A stretch of 64,000 nt of DNA from Faecousia sp. GTDB lineage: Bacteria; Bacillota; Clostridia; Oscillospirales; Oscillospiraceae. This document shows, piece after piece, positions 57,901 through 64,000 of the stretch. The DNA lies in assembly GCA_045651005.1 (NCBI GenBank), contig JAZRRS010000006.1, positions 84,366 to 148,365 of the forward strand. The letters are read 5' to 3'. A program made the position numbers and the translations under genes. A model generated the notes under the pieces. The model did no database searches. It saw nothing but the letters and a program-made list of their open reading frames with translations, and was not told where the DNA came from. Each line of letters opens with the position of its first letter. Positions within the stretch are counted from its first letter, which is position 1.

Positions 57901-60900
57901 ACCGGAAAGGATATAGGTATAGCCTTCTTTGCCCTTGGCATAGACGGTTTGGGTATAGGTTTTGGCTGCAGTTGCTTCACCGCTTACCTTGATAACGGTT
58001 TTATCCAACTGGGGGGCAGCAGATGTGGAGAGGGTGGCAATGCCATCTGCGGAGGTGCAGTGATTGGCTGTCCAGCCGGTGAGACTGCCGCAGTTAAAAT
58101 CGCCGTTATTGATCATATTATAGCGGGTAGCAGTACGACCTTCCTCCAACTGGACGCAGTCAACATAAAATGAGCCCCAAGTATCTGACAATATGCTATA
58201 TTTAATGTTCTTCTCCTGTGCGGATGTATTGGTATAGGTCAGCTCCATTCTCTGCCAGGAGGTGCTGCTTGGCTGTATTTCGCTTTTCACCACATCCGAC
58301 CCACATTCTGCCTGAAGCCAAACAGGAAGGTCTGTAGGCTTGACATAGCAGGAGAATGTATAGGTAGCACCGGCAGGAATGGAAGCCCAAGTAAAAACGC
58401 CAACCTCTTCTTCATATATGTATTCACCATCTTCAGAGACATCAAGAATTTCGATATCCGTTTCCACAAGCAAAGAACGGGTATCCGTTTTGCTGCTTGC
58501 TGTGGTTATGGACATTTTGGTCAAAAGGCCAACAGTATACCAATCTGCCTTGGAACGCATTGCGCCGCCGGTAATCAGACTTGCGGTGGTATGTTGCAGA
58601 TCCGAAGACACTCTCAGCTGGTTGCCCTTGGCGGTGGGGTCGGTGTTGCTGTTCTTTTGGTCATCGGTATGGAAGGCATACTCGGCAAACTGGGCTTTTC
58701 CCTCGTCATCCTGAATACAGGTCAGGTTACCGAAGTCATTGAATTGCAGGATACTTTGGTTGCCGTTATGGTCGGTGATCGTGGTCTGGTTGTGACCGTA
58801 AGCAAAGGTAAGCTTACCGCCTTGCGTTGTGCCGTCTGCTTCCTCCACAGTCAGGACACGGTAAGGCTGCCACGTTTCGCTGACGGTATTATAGGTATAA
58901 GTCAGCTTATAGCCGTCGATGTCACTGGCTGTGCGCATAAGGCTGTTGCCATCATAAGTATAGGTGACGCTTTTTCCGTCTGCATCGGTGACGGTGGTAA
59001 GTCGGTTATTGCTGTAACCAAAAGACACATAGGTGAGCTCTCTACTGCCGGTGCCACGGTAGCTGATTCGAGAGAGCAGACCATTGGCATAGGTAAAGGC
59101 GTACACGCGGCCAGCGCCATCGGTAACAGCAGAAAGTCTTCCGTCTGCGTTGTAGGCTACGGAAATGGTGCTCTTGGTCGCCTGATTGTTTTCAATCACC
59201 GAAAGGCGGCCCTGGGTATCAAAGTAGGTATGATTTCCGTCTTTGTCTGCAATGCAGTATTTCCTTGTGCCGCTGCCGGTATCGGTCAGCGTCAGCTCCA
59301 GTCCGTCTTCATCCTTGTATACGCTGTTTTCCTGTTTGAAATAGTGGTCTGTTCCGTCGGAATCCTCCCAAATATAATAACTGCTGTCCAGATTCCACCG
59401 GTAGATCAGCTGGTTAAAATTGGTACGCCAGCCGATGCCCATACCAAACCCGTTGCCACCGGAATTGTTGGAATTGTTGCCGCTTCCGTCGGGATCAGAA
59501 ACGTCATTCAGGTTATACACGTGGCTGATGGTGACCGGTGCACGGTTGCCGCCAAAACCCATATCCGTCCGTGTCCAGGTCATATTGCCGGTGAAGTGAT
59601 TCACATAGCCAGTACCGGCACGGCCTGCAGAGGACGCGGTATAATCCCAATAGCCTTCCAGACCGTTGTTGTTACGGAACACGATTTGAAGGGTAGGCTT
59701 AACAGGCAAATAATCTGTATAGTCCGACGAGATAAACTGCTTGTACTTGGTTACCGCGGCGGCTTCTACACTGTCAGGCGCTTTAAACAGCATTCCCGTA
59801 TTGCCTGTGGCATACCAGTCACGGACAATGTCGGTAATTGTCCAACCGTAAAAGCCTTCTGCTTCCACAAGGGCATAGTCTTCGATGTTGCTGTCATAAC
59901 CGGGCTTGTTTGCCCAGGTGATGCTCTCCGATGTCCAGGTGCCGTTCACTTTATGCACATTGGTTTGCAGCTGACCGGTGTTTTCTACATCCGCGTTATA
60001 CATATGTACGCTGGCGTAAACCACCACGTCAGAAGAAGTCAGCTCCGGCAGATTGTTATATTTCAGATAGGTACGGGTCTTACCCTCGGTGCTGTAATAG
60101 CCCACCTGCAGCATACCCCAGCTGTTTGTGAGTTTATCTGTACTGGGGCTCCAGTAGCTTTCGTTCTCAAAGACGGTAATATCCCGGATGTTGGTGGTAG
60201 TCAGCTCCGGTGTCACCACAGGATCCAGCACCACAGGCCAGGCACGGGTTTCCTCTGCCAACCACCGGGTGGGCAGAAGGTAGGTCATTGTATACTCGCT
60301 GCCGCTTCCTTCAAGCTGTACCTGAATATCGCAGTTATATTCTCCGGCAGCATCCTGCAGGAAGGGTGCAGGCATCACCATAACGATGTTCTCTTTTGCT
60401 TTGTCATAGAGGGTGATCTGTCCGTCAGAGCCTAAGACGGGAATCATTTCACCCACATCCAAATTATAGCGGTAGCCCTGTAAGGTATCCTTATAAGCTT
60501 CCAGAATAACGGATTCCTTGACCTTGTTGGAATCCAGATCGTAGGTAATATGGGTATCCTCATACACCTCGTTGTAAGTAACACCGGACTGCAGCTTTTC
60601 CGGTACGGTTTCCGGGTACTCTGCTGCTTCCTTCAGGGAAGAAACATCCGCTTCCTTTTGCTGAACTGCGGATGGGTTGGCTTCCTCCAAAGTCAAGGGC
60701 TGTACAGTGTCATCCATAGTGGCAGTCAGGCGCATTGCGCCGGTGCTGCTGAGCTCTCCCGCCATAGAAAAAGACAGGGTATAGCCGTCCTTATCAATGG
60801 TGACGCTTTCATTTTTGTCCAAGGTCTGAGGAAAGCTGACGTCCCACACACCAGCGGTGTTGGTCAGTGTGCCGTCGTCTTTGGCGATCAGGGTGTTGTC

Positions 60901-61179
60901 AATGTCCTCCCAGCCGTTTTCTGTCTCAAAATGGACGGCTTCCGGATAGACCACCGCCATATGCAGTCCCGAACTAAGCAGGAACTCCTTGGAGAACTCC
61001 GTTCTCCTCTCCACGATCTCGTCTACCACCTGCACTGACTGAGGTGTGAGCGTTTTCAAAGCTTCCGCATCCGCTACCGCTTCCCGGAACGCCTCTGCAA
61101 ACACCCCCATTGGCAGCATATTGATCAACAAAACGATGATCAATATCATACTGCACACTCTCAAAAATCGCTTTTTCAT
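55000..61179 (-). CDS. WapA-like secreted RHS/YD-repeat polymorphic toxin with DNRLRE and carbohydrate-binding-like domains and a C-terminal HNH/EndoVII (LHH-like) nuclease
   Basis: Sec signal peptide; TRTYLKY...[12 protein letters not shown]; YD repeats; [51 protein letters not shown]...H...H; AAGGAGG RBS. Confidence 0.92.
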   Translation of the reverse strand: [2059 protein letters not shown]

Positions 61180-61289
61180 TTGATGTCCTCCTTATTTTCA
61201 ATATATTCGATTATTCCGTAGAATCCTACAAAACAATCTTTTTATCTACTATAACAGGAGGAAATCAAATAAATTGTCGATTTTAGAAA

Positions 61290-61326
61290 AATAGAAAAAG
61301 GGGACGAAAAAAATCCCCTTTGTCCC
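61290..61326. repeat. Diverged copy of the RHS junction hairpin at the right border of the island
   Basis: AATAGAAAAAGGGGACGAAAAAAATCCCCTTTGTCCC versus AATAGAACAAAGGGGACGGAAAACCGCCCCCTTGCCC at 54327. Confidence 0.65.
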
Positions 61327-61332
61327 TGCCCT

Positions 61333-61366
61333 AAAAAAAGAGGTGCTGCAAAAAATTGCAGCACCT
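61333..61366 (-). terminator. trpS terminator
   Basis: AGGTGCTGCAA/TTGCAGCACCT with a minus-strand T7 tract. Confidence 0.8.
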
Positions 61367-61382
61367 TACGGTAAATATAGAA

Positions 61383-62393
61383 TTATCTCTGCAGGAAGCC
61401 GATTTTCTTATAGACTTTACGAAGGGTCTTTTCTGCAACATAGGATGCCTTTTCTGCACCGTTGCGATATACACTTTCCAGATACGCCTTGTCCTTCAGC
61501 AGGCGGCCTGCCTCCTCACGGATGGGGCGCAATGTTTCCACAACAGCCTCACCAACCACAGGTTTAAACTTGCCATAACCCTGGCCGGCAAACTCATCCT
61601 CAATCTCCTGGAAGCTTCTACCGGTAACGGCAGAGTAAATAGACATCAGATTTGCCACACCGGGCTTATTCTCCGGATCAAAGCGGACACAATTTTCCGT
61701 ATCACTATCGGTAATGGCACGCTTAAACTTTCTCTGAATATCCTCAGGGCTTTCCATCAGGAACACACAGCCCTCGGGCATAGACTTACTCATTTTGCTG
61801 TCGGGAGCATTCAAGCTCATAACACGAGCACCCGTCTCAGGGATATAGGGATCCGGAATCTTAAACACATCGCCATAAATGCTGTTGAAGCGCTGTGCCA
61901 CATCACGGGTCAGCTCACAATGCTGCTTCTGATCATGTCCAACAGGCACCAGATCCGGCTGATACAAAAGAATATCCGCAGCCATCAACGCAGGATATGT
62001 AAACAGACCACCGTTGATATTCTCCGCATTCTTTGCAGACTTATCCTTGAACTGTGTCATACGGCTAAGCTCACCAAACATAGTATAGCAGTTAAGCACC
62101 CAACCAAGCTCTGCGTGCTGGTGCACATGGCTCTGAACAAACAAGGTATTCTTCTCCGGATCCAGTCCGCAGGCAATGTACTGAGCAAGCTGCTCCAAAG
62201 TACGACGACGGAGATCCGCAGGCGTCTGACGCACAGTAATGGTGTGCATATCTGCCATAAAATAGAAGCACTCGTAAAGTTCAGAACGAGAACTCCAATT
62301 CTTAATTGCGCCAAGATAATTTCCCAGATGCAGGTCACCGCTGGGTTGAATGCCGGAGAGCATTCTCTTTTTCGGTTGCATTACTTCTTCCAT
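61383..62393 (-). CDS. trpS: Tryptophan--tRNA ligase
   Basis: SGIQPSGDLHLGNYLGA, YPALMAADIL, VPVGHDQKQH, KMSKS. Start MEEVMQ with GAGG RBS. Confidence 0.97.
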   Translation of the reverse strand: MEEVMQPKKRMLSGIQPSGDLHLGNYLGAIKNWSSRSELYECFYFMADMHTITVRQTPADLRRRTLEQLAQYIACGLDPEKNTLFVQSHVHQHAELGWVLNCYTMFGELSRMTQFKDKSAKNAENINGGLFTYPALMAADILLYQPDLVPVGHDQKQHCELTRDVAQRFNSIYGDVFKIPDPYIPETGARVMSLNAPDSKMSKSMPEGCVFLMESPEDIQRKFKRAITDSDTENCVRFDPENKPGVANLMSIYSAVTGRSFQEIEDEFAGQGYGKFKPVVGEAVVETLRPIREEAGRLLKDKAYLESVYRNGAEKASYVAEKTLRKVYKKIGFLQR

Positions 62394-62460
62394 TGAAATT
62401 CGCCTCATTTCCATAATTTCCTGTATTTTATCACAAGAGCCAAAAAAACGCAACGAGAAA

Positions 62461-62490
62461 TTGACTTTCTGTCTTCCTGCGTGGTATAAT
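62461..62490 (+). promoter_or_regulatory. sigmaA promoter upstream of gltX
   Basis: TTGACT-N18-TATAAT with extended -10 TG. Confidence 0.7.
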
Positions 62491-62651
62491 ATTTTCGTTC
62501 TGCAAAGGTGTCTTTTAATATGACCGTAGTCAGCAATGTTGTGCAACTGCGCAACAGCAAACAAACAGTCAGCAGAGATGTCCTTGATGTTACATAAACT
62601 ATATTTATTCAGATTATTCTGGATCAAATGGAAAAGTAAGAGGTAGAAATT

Positions 62652-64000
62652 ATGGATCATATGAAATTAGCTGAGCTTTTATTCCCCAACGTTACAGACA
62701 CCCCGGAAATGCTTGAGGAGCGTTTCCCTCTCCGTCAGCTGCCGGAGGGCGCTGTTGTCACCCGTATGGCCCCCTCCCCCACAGGTTTTGTCCATTTGGG
62801 CAATTTGGTGCAAGGTCTGACCGCTGAAAGAATGGCGCATCAGAGCGGTGGTGTTCTTTTCCTTCGTGTCGAAGACACTGACGCAAAGCGTGAAGTACCC
62901 GGTGCAGTAGAGGTGCTTATTAACACCTTGAAGCATTATGGCATTTCCTTTGATGAGGGTGCAACCATAGACGGTGACAGCGGTGCATACGGTCCTTACC
63001 GTCAGCGTCAGAGAGCTGCTCTGTACCATGTTTACGCAAAGAAACTGGTATCCGAAGGTATGGCCTATCCTTGCTTCTGCACCGAAGAAGAGCTGTCTGC
63101 AATGCGTGAGCAACAGGAGTCCAACAAAGAAAACACCGGCTACTATGGCAAGTATGCTATGTGGCGTGACCGGTCTATGGAAGATATACAGCAACAGCTG
63201 AATGCCGGCAATCCCTGGGTGTTGCGTTCCCGCCCCACCGGTTCTATCGAAAACCAATATAAATTTGACGATCTGGTAAAAGGCAAACTGACCATCACCG
63301 AAAACGATGTGGATCACGTCCTTCTTAAGTCCGACGGCATTCCCACCTATCACTTTGCACACGCCGTAGACGATCACTTGATGCGTACGACCCACGTTGT
63401 CCGTGGTGACGAGTGGCTGCCCACCCTGCCCTTCCATATTCAACTCTTCAAGTCTCTGGGCTTTAAGCTTCCCAAGTATGTCCACATTGGACCTCTGATG
63501 AAGATGGACGGCACTTCCAAGCGTAAGCTCTCCAAGCGCAAAGACCCCGAACTGGCACTTACCTTTTACAAGGCAGAAGGCTTCCCTGTCGAGGCTGTGT
63601 ATGAATATATTATGACCATCCTCAACTCCAACTTTGAGGACTGGCGCAGAGCCAATCCCACCGCGTCTGCTGATGAATTCAAGTTCAGCCCCAAGAAGCT
63701 GAATCCTGCCGGCAGCCTCTTTGACTACGCAAAGCTCACTGACGTTTCTAAAAATGAGATCGCAAAAATGGACGCTGAAAAAGTCTATGGACTACTGACC
63801 GAGTGGGCACAGGAATTCGATGCTGATTTTGCACAGAAGCTTACTGCTGCTCCCGATTTTGCCAAGGCAATTCTCGCCATTGGTCGAGGTGGCAAGAAGC
63901 CTCGCAAAGACATTGCCACCTGGAAAGAAGCCAAGCCTTATATGGGCTTCTTCTACGACGAATATCTGGAAGCACCTGTGTTTGACGAAAAGTTCACTTC
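62652..64000 (+). CDS. gltX: Glutamate--tRNA ligase, truncated by the right window edge
   Basis: Missed by the ORF track. MDHMKLAELLFP...TRMAPSPTGFVHLGN, LRVEDTD, AYPCFCT, PTYHFAHAVDD, VVRGDEW, KLSKR. Confidence 0.95.
   Translation, partial: MDHMKLAELLFPNVTDTPEMLEERFPLRQLPEGAVVTRMAPSPTGFVHLGNLVQGLTAERMAHQSGGVLFLRVEDTDAKREVPGAVEVLINTLKHYGISFDEGATIDGDSGAYGPYRQRQRAALYHVYAKKLVSEGMAYPCFCTEEELSAMREQQESNKENTGYYGKYAMWRDRSMEDIQQQLNAGNPWVLRSRPTGSIENQYKFDDLVKGKLTITENDVDHVLLKSDGIPTYHFAHAVDDHLMRTTHVVRGDEWLPTLPFHIQLFKSLGFKLPKYVHIGPLMKMDGTSKRKLSKRKDPELALTFYKAEGFPVEAVYEYIMTILNSNFEDWRRANPTASADEFKFSPKKLNPAGSLFDYAKLTDVSKNEIAKMDAEKVYGLLTEWAQEFDADFAQKLTAAPDFAKAILAIGRGGKKPRKDIATWKEAKPYMGFFYDEYLEAPVFDEKFT

Noticed and set aside
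57028-60435. 381-aa and 614-aa plus-strand ORFs
   Set aside because: Antisense shadows of the rhs gene.

Overview
Chromosomal window from a spore-forming Bacillota (Clostridia; an Oscillospiraceae-like lineage is my inference from gene content and style). Most of it is housekeeping: addB (cut by the left edge), spoIIR, ispE, a Cys T-box-led cysS-polA-rimI-tsaD operon, dut, ddl/murC, a polar amino-acid ABC transporter, tRNA-Gly, a divergent ParE/ParC-like topoisomerase pair, tRNA-Ser, trpS and gltX (cut by the right edge). Two accessory loci stand out. (1) 37.4-46.4 kb: an operon behind two tandem cobalamin riboswitches. It couples an ECF importer and a DUF4430 lipoprotein to a membrane-anchored cohesin and a large secreted transcobalamin-like protein that carries both a cohesin-like and a dockerin module, i.e. 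a candidate cellulosome-style B12-capture scaffold. (2) 50.6-61.3 kb: a WapA/RHS polymorphic-toxin island. Its orphan cassettes all start at exactly the same nucleotide and are delimited by REP-like hairpins with a conserved AGAACCGTCCC loop, suggesting hairpin-guided cassette shuffling. All family assignments come from motif recognition by eye, not from database searches.
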